Of a DNA stretch of 64,000 nt, positions 53,544 through 62,714 are shown in pieces (the stretch's first letter is position 1; each line of letters opens with the position of its first letter). Origin of the DNA: an uncultured virus (IMG/VR IMGVR_UViG_2061766007_000995) (taxonomy: Duplodnaviria > Heunggongvirae > Uroviricota > Caudoviricetes). The DNA lies in the IMG/VR virus record IMGVR_UViG_2061766007_000995. One strand, given 5' to 3'. The notes beneath the pieces are model-generated. The model saw only the letters and a program-made list of their open reading frames with translations, was not told where the DNA came from and did no database searches. A program made the translations under genes and the position numbers.

Positions 53544-54827
53544 ATGGCAATTAATACTTTAGCAATTGAAAACTTTGTTGACAACATTGGGCAGGCCAAC
53601 AACGAGCTTAATGTCAATCAACTTGGTCTCACCAGAACCGTATCCAAGAAATTTGCGAAAATGCTTGGTGGAGTGAAGAAAAAAGAAGTCACTCTAGACA
53701 ACACGAAATACACCCTCACCAAAGAGGGTGCGGTTTCCATGATCACAATGTTTGAAGAAGGTGATTCTCTTGCTCCTTCCTACAACGAAAACGGCGTTCT
53801 CGAAATCAACAATGACAAGACTGCCGATACAGTTGTGATTGGTGGCAGCTTTGCTTCTACCGCTCCAGAGCAGGGCAAGAAAAAGGGTTCCACTGTTGTC
53901 ACTGGCAAGAACATTGTCATTACGGATGCCAACTTCGGCGAATACGCCTATCACACCTTTGCTCCTGCTGACGGCGGCAAAGTTGTTCTGGAAGGTATCG
54001 CCGTTGATGGTTCCGATGGCAAGCTCTGTGCTGGAAAGGGACCAAATACTCCTCTAGTATTCAAGTCCGATGGTGCCGTGGTTATTCGCGAAATGACCGA
54101 AACCGCAGGCTCCGATGCCAATGCAAAGCCACAGCTTTGCTACAACAGCGCCATTTACAACGGTCTTGAAATCTGGGGACACCAGAAAGCCGATGGCACT
54201 TGGGGCAACCCAACTTCCATTCTTATTGAAGACTGCAACTTTGTCAACAGCTTCAGCAACAACGCCATCAACATCTTTGGCATGGCTTCTGGCGCCAAGG
54301 CTCTTATCAAAAACTGCGTCTTTGATGGAGCTTCCAACATCCTCCGCATCGGTTCCGTCAACACTGGCTTCGCCAACTCCTACAACTGCGTAATCGAATT
54401 CCGCGACTGCCAGTTCAAGTCTTGGGACACCGACAAGCTGTGGGGTTCCTTCGCTCTCTGCCAGTTCGACAATGACGGAAGCAACATCTACGGCACAGAC
54501 AGCAACGGCACCCACATCACCATCAAGCTTGTCAACTGCACAGGCCCAGATGGACAGAAGATTGTGGCTGCTGATCCAACAAAACTCTTTGGTTCTGAAG
54601 TATATGTGACTACAACCGTTGACAATCAGGAAGTAGTGACCAAGTACGCACAGGGAACTCAGATTCTGGTTGATGGTGCAATGACCGATGTATCTGGACA
54701 GGACATGGTTGATACTCAGCATCGTTTGATGGTTCTCTACGGCAAGCTTCCTGGAATGTCTGCCAAGTCCTCGGCCATTTCCTACGCCGACTATACGGCA
54801 TACTTCCCAACATTCATTGTTGCCTAG
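53544..54827 (+). CDS. Abundant late virion protein, possible beta-helix
   Basis: CTAAATA at 53514; marked AAC/TTC/TAC codon preference; I.DC.F / IKNC.F repeats. Confidence 0.55.
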   Translation: MAINTLAIENFVDNIGQANNELNVNQLGLTRTVSKKFAKMLGGVKKKEVTLDNTKYTLTKEGAVSMITMFEEGDSLAPSYNENGVLEINNDKTADTVVIGGSFASTAPEQGKKKGSTVVTGKNIVITDANFGEYAYHTFAPADGGKVVLEGIAVDGSDGKLCAGKGPNTPLVFKSDGAVVIREMTETAGSDANAKPQLCYNSAIYNGLEIWGHQKADGTWGNPTSILIEDCNFVNSFSNNAINIFGMASGAKALIKNCVFDGASNILRIGSVNTGFANSYNCVIEFRDCQFKSWDTDKLWGSFALCQFDNDGSNIYGTDSNGTHITIKLVNCTGPDGQKIVAADPTKLFGSEVYVTTTVDNQEVVTKYAQGTQILVDGAMTDVSGQDMVDTQHRLMVLYGKLPGMSAKSSAISYADYTAYFPTFIVA

Positions 54828-54887
54828 TTTAACCGCGTAAATAGCATTTGAATTGGGGAAGCATATGCTTCCCCATCTTTTTATGCC

Positions 54888-55628
54888 ATGGCTCCTAAAA
54901 AGAAGATAGAATTCACAAAAAAGAAGTCATCCAGCCAATTAAGTCAAGTAATGGCTCCTTCGTTCATTGAACCTAACATGTGTGAGGGAAATGTTGAATG
55001 CGCCTCAACAAATGAGGACACAAACTGGTTTGATGAAAATCGCGTTTTTGACATATCAACGGCTTCAATTTCTAATTTCTACTGCGTATTTGAAAATCTT
55101 CCAAACATTGTCTACTTCGCAAGGACGTTCAACTTCCCAGGCGTCACCGCAAAAAATATAACAATAGAACGTCCACAAGGAGGAGACAAGCTTCCAGTCT
55201 TTGCACATTCTCTTACTTACGATGACATTACTCTTTCCTTCATTATGGATGAAAATTTTACTTCCTATTTCATGCTGTATAAATGGATGTTTGAAAATCA
55301 GTATAGATACTATGATGAAGACACATATACCAGAATGATGCTGGTGATATTAAACAATGCCAAAGTTCCAATAATTAGATTAATGTTCAACTCGGTTCTT
55401 CCAACAATGATAGACGCTGTTCCCTTTGAAAGCCAGTCAGCGGAGCCTATTGTCTGGAATGCAACATTTACCTATTATTCTTATAAAGTTGACTACATTT
55501 CACAAGATTTACATCTACCATTTGAATATCCAAAATTCATGTTTGAAAAAAATCCAAGACGGGCGGCAAGAGAAGACAGAAAAACAGTAGAGCAACCACA
55601 TCATCCATTTCTAAAATGTCCGCATTAA
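54888..55628 (+). CDS. 3: Tail completion / tube terminator gp3-like
   Basis: NF...LP...F....FPG, LTYDDITLSFIMDENF..Y..LYKWM; GTAAATA at 54837. Confidence 0.75.
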   Translation: MAPKKKIEFTKKKSSSQLSQVMAPSFIEPNMCEGNVECASTNEDTNWFDENRVFDISTASISNFYCVFENLPNIVYFARTFNFPGVTAKNITIERPQGGDKLPVFAHSLTYDDITLSFIMDENFTSYFMLYKWMFENQYRYYDEDTYTRMMLVILNNAKVPIIRLMFNSVLPTMIDAVPFESQSAEPIVWNATFTYYSYKVDYISQDLHLPFEYPKFMFEKNPRRAAREDRKTVEQPHHPFLKCPH

Positions 55629-55631
55629 TGC

Positions 55632-55663
55632 AAAAGGGAGGCTGTTTAGCCTCCCCTTTCTTT
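55632..55663. terminator. Bidirectional intrinsic terminator
   Basis: AAAAGGGAGGCT-GTTT-AGCCTCCCCTTT. Confidence 0.8.
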
Positions 55664-56140
55664 CTATTCTTCTTTCAATGGTTCAACTGGTGCAATAATG
55701 CATGTGCATCCGCTTGACTTTGTCATAAAGTCATACAATTGCTTCAATCCAAGACAAGCTACAAACCATGCATATTCTTCATAAGAATCCCTTGGATTAA
55801 TTTTAAATTTTCTTTTAGCATCAATGCATAAATTTTCCCACGACTGATCGCCTTGAAACGTTCTGGCCAGCCATTTCAACGCTTCGATTTTCTGAACTCT
55901 AGACCATTTTGTTTCTGTGGGAGATTCCTGCACTTTAGCTACAGCAATCTTTTCCGCAGTTTTCATATTAAGAGGAACAGTTCCAATTATTTTTTGAAGC
56001 TGGTTTTCATTCCAGTTCAAGCACTGCTTTCTTTGCTGCAAAGGAAGCATTGCAAGCAGAACGCTCTTCCATGATATGTCTAGAACGTGAGTTGATACGA
56101 TGTCTCCTTCACTGTTCAATGCAACTAGTTCAGCTTCCAT
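55664..56140 (-). CDS. Hypothetical protein
   Basis: Immediately follows gp62; not recognisably RegA. Confidence 0.6.
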   Translation of the reverse strand: MEAELVALNSEGDIVSTHVLDISWKSVLLAMLPLQQRKQCLNWNENQLQKIIGTVPLNMKTAEKIAVAKVQESPTETKWSRVQKIEALKWLARTFQGDQSWENLCIDAKRKFKINPRDSYEEYAWFVACLGLKQLYDFMTKSSGCTCIIAPVEPLKEE

Positions 56141-56659
56141 CTATTTCTCCTTCTTTTTTCTTCCTTTTGTCTTTTTTGGTTTGTATCGTTCTGGATCCAG
56201 AGTTTCCAGAAGATGCATCAACTTTTCCCTTGGAATGGCATGAATATTCTTCCGCATTTCCTTTTCGGTGCAGTGAAAATATTCAGCCAGAAGTACAATG
56301 GGTTCTTTCTCCTCTTCAATTCTAGTCTTCTTTGTCCATCCATATCTTTTCTTCTTTATGATCAGATTTTTGAGAAATCTCCACTGCATTTCATCTGGAA
56401 GCTGCCAGTGCTTGTTTAGTTCATTTGCAAAGAATATGCAGTCTGGATGTTCAGACATAATTCTCAATATCATGAAGTTTGACCATTGTGGAGGCATATC
56501 TCCCTTCTGCTCAACCCACTTTTCTATCAATGTTCCATGATTGAATATGTCATTGGCCAGATCGAAAATGGACAACTGTGGTTCTGTATTTTCTTCAAGT
56601 CCTTCCTGTGCATCTAGATTTATTTCACAGAGGTCTTCATATTTGCTGTCCTCAACCAT
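56141..56659 (-). CDS. 62: Clamp loader small subunit gp62-like
   Basis: FMILRIMSEHPDCIFFANELN...MQWRFL...KKKRYGW; follows gp44. Confidence 0.85.
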   Translation of the reverse strand: MVEDSKYEDLCEINLDAQEGLEENTEPQLSIFDLANDIFNHGTLIEKWVEQKGDMPPQWSNFMILRIMSEHPDCIFFANELNKHWQLPDEMQWRFLKNLIIKKKRYGWTKKTRIEEEKEPIVLLAEYFHCTEKEMRKNIHAIPREKLMHLLETLDPERYKPKKTKGRKKKEK

Positions 56660-56662
56660 TTT

Positions 56663-58045
56663 CTACTCTCCAATAGAGTTCATTAGTTCAACAAGAAGAG
56701 CCATTGTGTTAATCTGCTGATTCATTACATGACTGGAATATTCCTGATATGCAGCTAGCTGAATAATGCATTCAGACTGAAGCTCTGGTTTAACATAGTC
56801 ATTCATTCTGTTATAGAGAGCGGCAAATATATCTTCAGGACTGTCTATTGAATCCGCAACCCACTGCTTGCATTTCGTAAATTCCTTTGCAAGTATCAAT
56901 GGATAAAGCTGATCTGCAATGTCATTCTTTGTTCCTGCAGTCAAAATGCCTTCATCTATTGCCCCATTTCCAGTGGCATAGGACTGAAGTTCATTTAAAA
57001 TGCGTCTAAAGTCTGGATGCCATTTCGCAATGAACATACCCAATATCTTGGCATCATACTTGATATTGTTGTCATCCAGAATATGCTTGCAACGCTTCAT
57101 TGTTGCTGCCATCATCTGCGGCTTCTCCGTCTTCTTCTGGGAAAAGTCGAAGCAGGCGCATCTGGATTTCAAGGCTGGAATAATCTTTTCTGGATAGTTG
57201 GCCGTGAAGATGAATCTTGTAGTCAAGGCATACTTTTCTATTACTGGTCTGAACGATTTCTGAGCGGCTGCAGACAGTCCATCGCAGTTATGAGTTATTA
57301 TACCATGAGAAGTAATGAACGTATGGTTCCTGTGAACTTCTATATCCATCACTCTAACTTTCTTTTCATATGAGCGGAGAACAAAGTCTATTCGTCTCAA
57401 CTCAAGCTTTCCATCAATCCAAACTCCACTGTATCGACCAGCAATTCCATCCTTCACCTGATGCTTGCTCCAAGTTCCATCTTTCTCCTTGCAGAAGAAT
57501 GGATGCGATCCAGAAGTCTTGATGGTTAGACCACCAGCAAGCATAACTTCATTCTGATAAGTCTCTCGGTCAACTACCAGATGTGCTGTGTCGTTTTCCA
57601 ACTGTTCAGTCTCAGGATTGAACGAAACTACTGGATATTCCTTGCCCCATTGAAGCTCTCGAATGGGAACATCCTTCCAATTGTCTATTGTGCCTATTCT
57701 AACAGTTTCATTCTCTTCAATGCACTCATCACAGATAATAATTTTTGGAACGTCCTGATTGCCTAATGACATTGTGCTTGCAAATGGAACGACCTGCGTT
57801 TCAATCATGGCCTTGCCATTGTCCGTTGAACAGTCAACAAACATGGAATCTGCATTCAACTCCTTGACCATTACCTTCGCAAGAGTTGTTTTGCCAGTGC
57901 CCTGAAAGCCAGTCAGCATCAGATTTGGCATCTCCTTCTTTTCAGCATAACCTTTGAATATCTTCATCATGGCCTTTGGAAGAATGCATTCCTCAAGACA
58001 TGATGGGCGGTACTTTTCAAACCAGAGGGAAATGTCTTCACTCAT
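56663..58045 (-). CDS. 44: Clamp loader large subunit gp44-like, with intein
   Basis: LWFEKYRP, GFQGTGKTT, IICDE|intein|CD, FIFTAN, LKSRC. Confidence 0.95.
   Translation of the reverse strand: MSEDISLWFEKYRPSCLEECILPKAMMKIFKGYAEKKEMPNLMLTGFQGTGKTTLAKVMVKELNADSMFVDCSTDNGKAMIETQVVPFASTMSLGNQDVPKIIICDECIEENETVRIGTIDNWKDVPIRELQWGKEYPVVSFNPETEQLENDTAHLVVDRETYQNEVMLAGGLTIKTSGSHPFFCKEKDGTWSKHQVKDGIAGRYSGVWIDGKLELRRIDFVLRSYEKKVRVMDIEVHRNHTFITSHGIITHNCDGLSAAAQKSFRPVIEKYALTTRFIFTANYPEKIIPALKSRCACFDFSQKKTEKPQMMAATMKRCKHILDDNNIKYDAKILGMFIAKWHPDFRRILNELQSYATGNGAIDEGILTAGTKNDIADQLYPLILAKEFTKCKQWVADSIDSPEDIFAALYNRMNDYVKPELQSECIIQLAAYQEYSSHVMNQQINTMALLVELMNSIGE
57287..57724 (-). other. Cis mini-intein (146 aa) in gp44 Walker B
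   Basis: Starts CIEENETV, TSGSHPF block B, VMDIEV..NHTF block F, ends THN with +1 Cys; no LAGLIDADG domain. Confidence 0.92.
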
Positions 58046-58110
58046 ATTGCTCTCCTTAAAAATAGATCATAGAATGCCGAAAACGCTTTAAATCGGCATT
58101 CTATGATCGA

Positions 58111-58140
58111 ATGCTATCACAGACGACTTAATGCCGTCAA
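58111..58140 (-). promoter_or_regulatory. Sigma70-type promoter upstream of gp44
   Basis: TTGACG-N18-TAGCAT, followed by a hairpin at 58069-58104. Confidence 0.55.
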
Positions 58141-58142
58141 GA

Positions 58143-58478
58143 TCATTTTTCAGTCTCTTCATCTATCATGCCGGATTCTACCAGAAACCTTTTGTCTGAA
58201 TCCGACATTGAAAGAACATAGAGAAGATTCTTCACCATTTCATACACGACAACGTCCTTGCAGGAAGCAGATATGCTTCCAATTTCAACAAATGGATTCT
58301 CCTCCGTTCCAAAGTTCCATGAGGCGCTGGCTTTCTTGGTTTTTGGATCAATGAATATGTCATCTATTCCATCAGGCATAGGAAGTTTTGAAACAAACTC
58401 TTCAATCCATCCTTCAAGGACCTTCTTCAAGTCAACCTTGACATAGGCCTGTGCTTCCACAGAAAACTCAACGCTCAT
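58143..58478 (-). CDS. Hypothetical protein
   Basis: SD GGAGG, downstream of rIIA. Confidence 0.6.
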   Translation of the reverse strand: MSVEFSVEAQAYVKVDLKKVLEGWIEEFVSKLPMPDGIDDIFIDPKTKKASASWNFGTEENPFVEIGSISASCKDVVVYEMVKNLLYVLSMSDSDKRFLVESGMIDEETEK

Positions 58479-58488
58479 GACTTGCCTC

Positions 58489-60927
58489 CTAGTCCCATTT
58501 CAGATAGTGATTCAGTATTTCAACGTTTCGATTCTTTCTTGAATCATCAGCATAAACGCGCCTGGCAAATTCAACAATTGGATTCTTCTTTATCCATTCA
58601 TTGATTTCGTTCCAGGCCAGATCATTTTTGACTGTCTGAATCAGGTCCTTCCGCTCTTCATCCACATAGAATGAATGCTCTCCTTCAATCATCTTATATG
58701 GAAGTCTGCTAAGTCCACTCATTTTAGAAGACAGCGTATTCTTGACGTGACTCCATGTCATTATGGCCTTTGAAATGGCACTTTCTGGATGCTTTGGAGC
58801 AATTGTGACGGAAAAGTCGCAAGCGTCTTCAAGTCTTGAAAATCCAAAACTGTCTCCCAACGACTCAATTACCATCCATTTCAGAAAGTCAATGTATTCA
58901 ACACCACACTCCTTCAGTATGTTCATGATCATTTTTACAGCCTGCAGTTTTTCAAGAGGCTTGAATCCGCTATTCAGCAGCTTCTGATAGGAGACCTCAT
59001 TCAACAGAATCCATTTGCTGGGACGCTTTAGTTTTGAAGGACAGATGCATCCAATGAATGAAAGAAATGGAATCTGCCAGTTGTTGTACTTTTCGGAAAC
59101 CGATATTCCATTTGTAACGACAACAATCGCTCCACAAGCCATTAGAGATTCAATTTCATCTCTTGTCATCCATTCTTCTTTTAGATTTGAACGAATCTGC
59201 TGAAGCACTTCAGCTCCATCTATTCCACACGCACCTCTTTGATAGCCAAAGGCATCCATGTTGACTCTAGCCTTTATCTGCTCTTTACGAGCAGAATATG
59301 CAATGGCATCAACATTCTTCTTCTTTTTTGCAATGTGGATGTCAATACATCTTTCATCCTTTGGACAGCCATACGCTTCAACTATCTTCTTTCTCATTTC
59401 CGCATCATCAACAGCATACATGTGGATTAAGAGACGAGTAGTTGATTTTTCAATGATTTCCTTTGCCTTTTCCTTCATTGCGGCAAAGGTGGCATCCTTG
59501 TTGAAGAAAATCAGCTTAAAATCAATATTGTCTTCTATCAGCAGTTCCCAAAGACAGGCTTCATTGTTTCCGGATACGTCAATCAATGACTTGGCATTTG
59601 TTTTTAGAGTAGATACAAGGGCGTTTTCACTCCTTCCACACGCTAGAATTGACTTGACTATCTTGTTGATGGATATAATTCCATATCTTGAAGATGACAT
59701 TGTGGCTTCATATCCACGAAGACCATTTTCAAGCATTGGCCATACAGCGTCTCTTTCGACAATGAATATCGGAAGATATTTTCCGCCACAATTCGTCTTC
59801 ACGTCATACTTTTCAATAGCTTCAACAGTTCCCCTTCCAGAGGCTATCCATTCCTTGAAAGCTGAGAAATTGAATTTCTTTTCCTTCCATTTATAGAAGG
59901 TTTCAAATCTTGAAACCTTGCATCCTTCATTGATGTCGGAAAATATTTCATTCCAGACTTTGGAAATAAACTTCTTCCAGGTCTCTATTATGGTTGTTTT
60001 AGTTTTTTCTGTAAAGGCCAGATCTTCTCGGGAAGCAGAAAGATCTATGTCCGTTCCAGAAATATTCAATATGCAGATGGAATTTAAAAAGGGAAGCGTA
60101 ATGTATCCAATACGTCCACAATTCATTCCCATGTAGTCGGAATTATCTGAAGATTCCCAGGCCAATCTATAGATGGAATTATTCACATGACCATAAAGCA
60201 CAGACCAGTTGTGCCATCCACTCCATCCACTCCTGGAATATCCACGATTATCCGTAGAATATATCTTTCCGTATTCATTTTCATATACTGGAATATTCTT
60301 CTTCCATGGTCCTCCATTCGGAACAACGTCGTAGAAAGGATACTGAATATTGCACTCATTCCTGAAAATCTCGGCATCTTCAGCGTTCTTTACGCCAATT
60401 TCAATCAACATTCCAGAAGGTTCGTCCGACACTCCGCTTTCAATCTTCTTTATGCAGGGAGAACCGTCTCCACTTAGAAAGCAGATGTATTTCGACATCA
60501 ATCCAGAGTTCCACGAAGTTACCGTGAAAATGTCGGCATAGGCAAATGGAGACTTGGAGCCGATGCCAAATCCACCAATCTGACTATTGTCTGAACGCTT
60601 GGATGAAGAACCGTAGGAAGTGTAGAGGGCGTATATGTCCTCTTCACATAGACCAGGACCATAGTCCCTAATGGAGAAGACGCTTTCATCCTTTCTGAAA
60701 AGTCCATCAAGTCCAGGAAGACATACCTGAAAGGGAACATTCTCCTTTCCAACCATTCTATGGGCGTCCAGAGCATTGGCCGACAGTTCACGCACAATGC
60801 TTCCAATCTTGTTTGAATAGAGATTGTCGGACAGTATGCGGCAGATTACTCTAGGATCACCCAGTGTATATTCCTTGACATCATTAATGTTGGATTCAAA
60901 ACTAGCGTTGTTTGAAAAAACCTGCAT
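58489..60927 (-). CDS. rIIA: RIIA-like protein (GHKL/Hsp90-like ATPase N-terminus)
   Basis: ILSDNLYSNKIGSIVRELSANALDAH, IRDYGPGL, YG.SSK...IGGFGIGSKSPFAY, SREDL; start uncertain (60927 or 60972). Confidence 0.88.
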   Translation of the reverse strand: MQVFSNNASFESNINDVKEYTLGDPRVICRILSDNLYSNKIGSIVRELSANALDAHRMVGKENVPFQVCLPGLDGLFRKDESVFSIRDYGPGLCEEDIYALYTSYGSSSKRSDNSQIGGFGIGSKSPFAYADIFTVTSWNSGLMSKYICFLSGDGSPCIKKIESGVSDEPSGMLIEIGVKNAEDAEIFRNECNIQYPFYDVVPNGGPWKKNIPVYENEYGKIYSTDNRGYSRSGWSGWHNWSVLYGHVNNSIYRLAWESSDNSDYMGMNCGRIGYITLPFLNSICILNISGTDIDLSASREDLAFTEKTKTTIIETWKKFISKVWNEIFSDINEGCKVSRFETFYKWKEKKFNFSAFKEWIASGRGTVEAIEKYDVKTNCGGKYLPIFIVERDAVWPMLENGLRGYEATMSSSRYGIISINKIVKSILACGRSENALVSTLKTNAKSLIDVSGNNEACLWELLIEDNIDFKLIFFNKDATFAAMKEKAKEIIEKSTTRLLIHMYAVDDAEMRKKIVEAYGCPKDERCIDIHIAKKKKNVDAIAYSARKEQIKARVNMDAFGYQRGACGIDGAEVLQQIRSNLKEEWMTRDEIESLMACGAIVVVTNGISVSEKYNNWQIPFLSFIGCICPSKLKRPSKWILLNEVSYQKLLNSGFKPLEKLQAVKMIMNILKECGVEYIDFLKWMVIESLGDSFGFSRLEDACDFSVTIAPKHPESAISKAIMTWSHVKNTLSSKMSGLSRLPYKMIEGEHSFYVDEERKDLIQTVKNDLAWNEINEWIKKNPIVEFARRVYADDSRKNRNVEILNHYLKWD

Positions 60928-61141
60928 TGCAAAATCCCTTTGCTTTATGGTTTGCGTTTCTAGCGACTGCATCCATTTTCATGAACGTTTCAAATGCTTC
61001 AGAAATGAAGGAGTCGATTTCTTCCCTTTCAATCTCCTCAGGAGACTGGTTCAAGACTTCGGCAAAGGCCTCATTAAACGAAAGCTCCCTTGCCGAAGTC
61101 TTTGCAGAATAGCAAATTTCCTGGTGCATGTCAACTGCCAT
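60902..61141 (-). CDS. Hypothetical protein
   Basis: Overlap-coupled in the early operon. Confidence 0.5.
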   Translation of the reverse strand: MAVDMHQEICYSAKTSARELSFNEAFAEVLNQSPEEIEREEIDSFISEAFETFMKMDAVARNANHKAKGFCNAGFFKQR

Positions 61142-61391
61142 TCGCCTTCTCCAGACAGATTACGCCATGCCAGTCCATGGCTGTAACTTCTGTGCAGTTC
61201 ATGTACATTCGTCCAGAAAACGGGCAGTAGAGCAGAGAATTCTTGTCATCTATTCCTCTAACTGGACAGGCGCAGAAGTCCTTAAGCTTATGCGAATTTC
61301 CATAGTTTCTGCACATCTTGGCAAGATTTTCATATTCATCATCATCTTCCTTGCATCCCAAAGCATGTATCGGAACAACTACTTTCAGCAT
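61131..61391 (-). CDS. Hypothetical Cys-rich protein
   Basis: SD AGGT, several Cys. Confidence 0.5.
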   Translation of the reverse strand: MLKVVVPIHALGCKEDDDEYENLAKMCRNYGNSHKLKDFCACPVRGIDDKNSLLYCPFSGRMYMNCTEVTAMDWHGVICLEKANGS

Positions 61392-61401
61392 ATGACCTAC
61401 C

Positions 61402-62446
61402 TTACTGCAGCTTTAAAATTGGAACGGAAGAAGAGGGAACGATACTCTGTGGAAGACGTCCATCCCACTTTTCGGCCTGAAGCATTCTAATGTAGTCTGG
61501 ATTGGCCTTCATTGCGTCAGACTTGGCGCGGATGGCCTCTGCCTCCGCCTTGCCTACCAGTTCAATTGACTTGGCATTGGCTTCAGCCTGTGCAATCTTT
61601 GCATCGGCCTCGCCTTGCGCCTTTGCACGAAGCATGTCTGCATTTATCTTTTCCCGCTCAAGATTCTGCTTGACCTTCTGAACTTCAACCTCGGCCTTCA
61701 TCCTCTCTTCAACGGACTTTTCATAGGAATCCGAAAAGTCAATGTTTTCAAGCTGCACAGACTCTATAATGATGCCGATTGGAGCGAATCTNNNNNNNNN
61801 NCTGCGCCTTTGCACGAAGCATGTCTGCATTGATCTTTTCCCGCTCAAGATTCTGCTTGACCTTCTGAACTTCAACTTCGGCCTTCATCCTCTCTTCAAC
61901 GGACTTTTCATAGGAATCCGAGAAGTCGATGTTTTCAAGCTGCACAGACTCTATAATGATGCCGATTGGAGCGAATCTGGCTTCAAGAGCCTTGCATATC
62001 TCCTTTGACAGCTCTTCTCTGGCCTGAACAATTGAAACAGCATTGTACTTGCCGAAAACGTCCTTTGAAACGGAAAGAAGCTGAGGAAGAATCAGCTTTT
62101 CATCATAGGACATTCCAGCGTTAGTATAGATGCTTTCAACGCTTGCAGGATTCAAATGAAAATTGAGAGAAATCTTGACTTCTGCGCCCTGAATGTCTTT
62201 TGAATAAACTGCCGTAGGAATTGTCCATTTTATTGTGCGGACAATCATCTTCTTTACGGTGTCAACAAAGGGAATCTTGAAATGCAAACCAGAATCCTCA
62301 ACTTCAACGACCTTTCCGAAACGGAGAAGGACACCCCTCTCTCCCTGCTCGATAGTGTAGAATGAACCAGCAATCAAGCCAATGGCCAGCAGACCTCCAC
62401 AGAGTTTCAGTCCAGTCTTCAATGGATTCAGTCTAATTTCCTTCAT
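61402..62446 (-). CDS. SPFH/band 7 (prohibitin-like) membrane protein
   Basis: TM helix, GERGVLLRFG, GLHFKIPF, ENIDFS..YE, A.GEADA, EKWDG.LP; duplication at 61792. Confidence 0.92.
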
Positions 62447-62495
62447 TGCATCCTCCTTTAAAAATGAGCGAACAGACTTTCCGCTCCTGCCAGCA

Positions 62496-62524
62496 AGTCT
62501 AGTCTATGTGGAGAAATCTGTCAA
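62496..62524 (-). promoter_or_regulatory. Sigma70-type early promoter
   Basis: TTGACA-N17-TAGACT. Confidence 0.8.
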
Positions 62525-62554
62525 GAAAAATTTTTCGCAACATTAAATATATGC

Positions 62555-62655
62555 TGCCCTAGGGTTGAGAGCCTCCCGAGGTCCCACCTCCTGCCTCGGG
62601 AGGCATTCCTCCTCTCCTAGACGGGAAGGACTTGTTCCTTCCCGTTCTCTTATTC
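62555..62655 (+). ncRNA. Candidate small RNA with anti-Shine-Dalgarno loop
   Basis: TTAAATA at 62543; 11-bp stem 62571-62581/62594-62604 with loop TCCCACCTCCTG; second hairpin 62621-62645; GC-rich island in AT-rich intergenic DNA. Confidence 0.55.
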
Positions 62656-62714
62656 ATTTTAAAATGGAGCTTCCTGTAAATATTTCAGTATCTTTCCCTA
62701 GCTAGGATATTAAC

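Noticed and set aside
54054..54722. 222-aa antisense ORF and similar shadow ORFs (15596, 30578, 59258)
   Set aside because: They lie opposite well-supported genes and have no motifs or RBS.
1..62000. Many apparent tandem duplications and frameshifted genes flanking 10-N runs
   Set aside because: Each duplicate abuts a scaffold join and differs by scattered SNPs. These are uncollapsed strain variants, not real repeats or pseudogenes.
62447..62714. tRNA or CRISPR array in structured intergenic DNA
   Set aside because: No cloverleaf, T-loop or repeat-spacer periodicity here, and none noticed elsewhere in the window.
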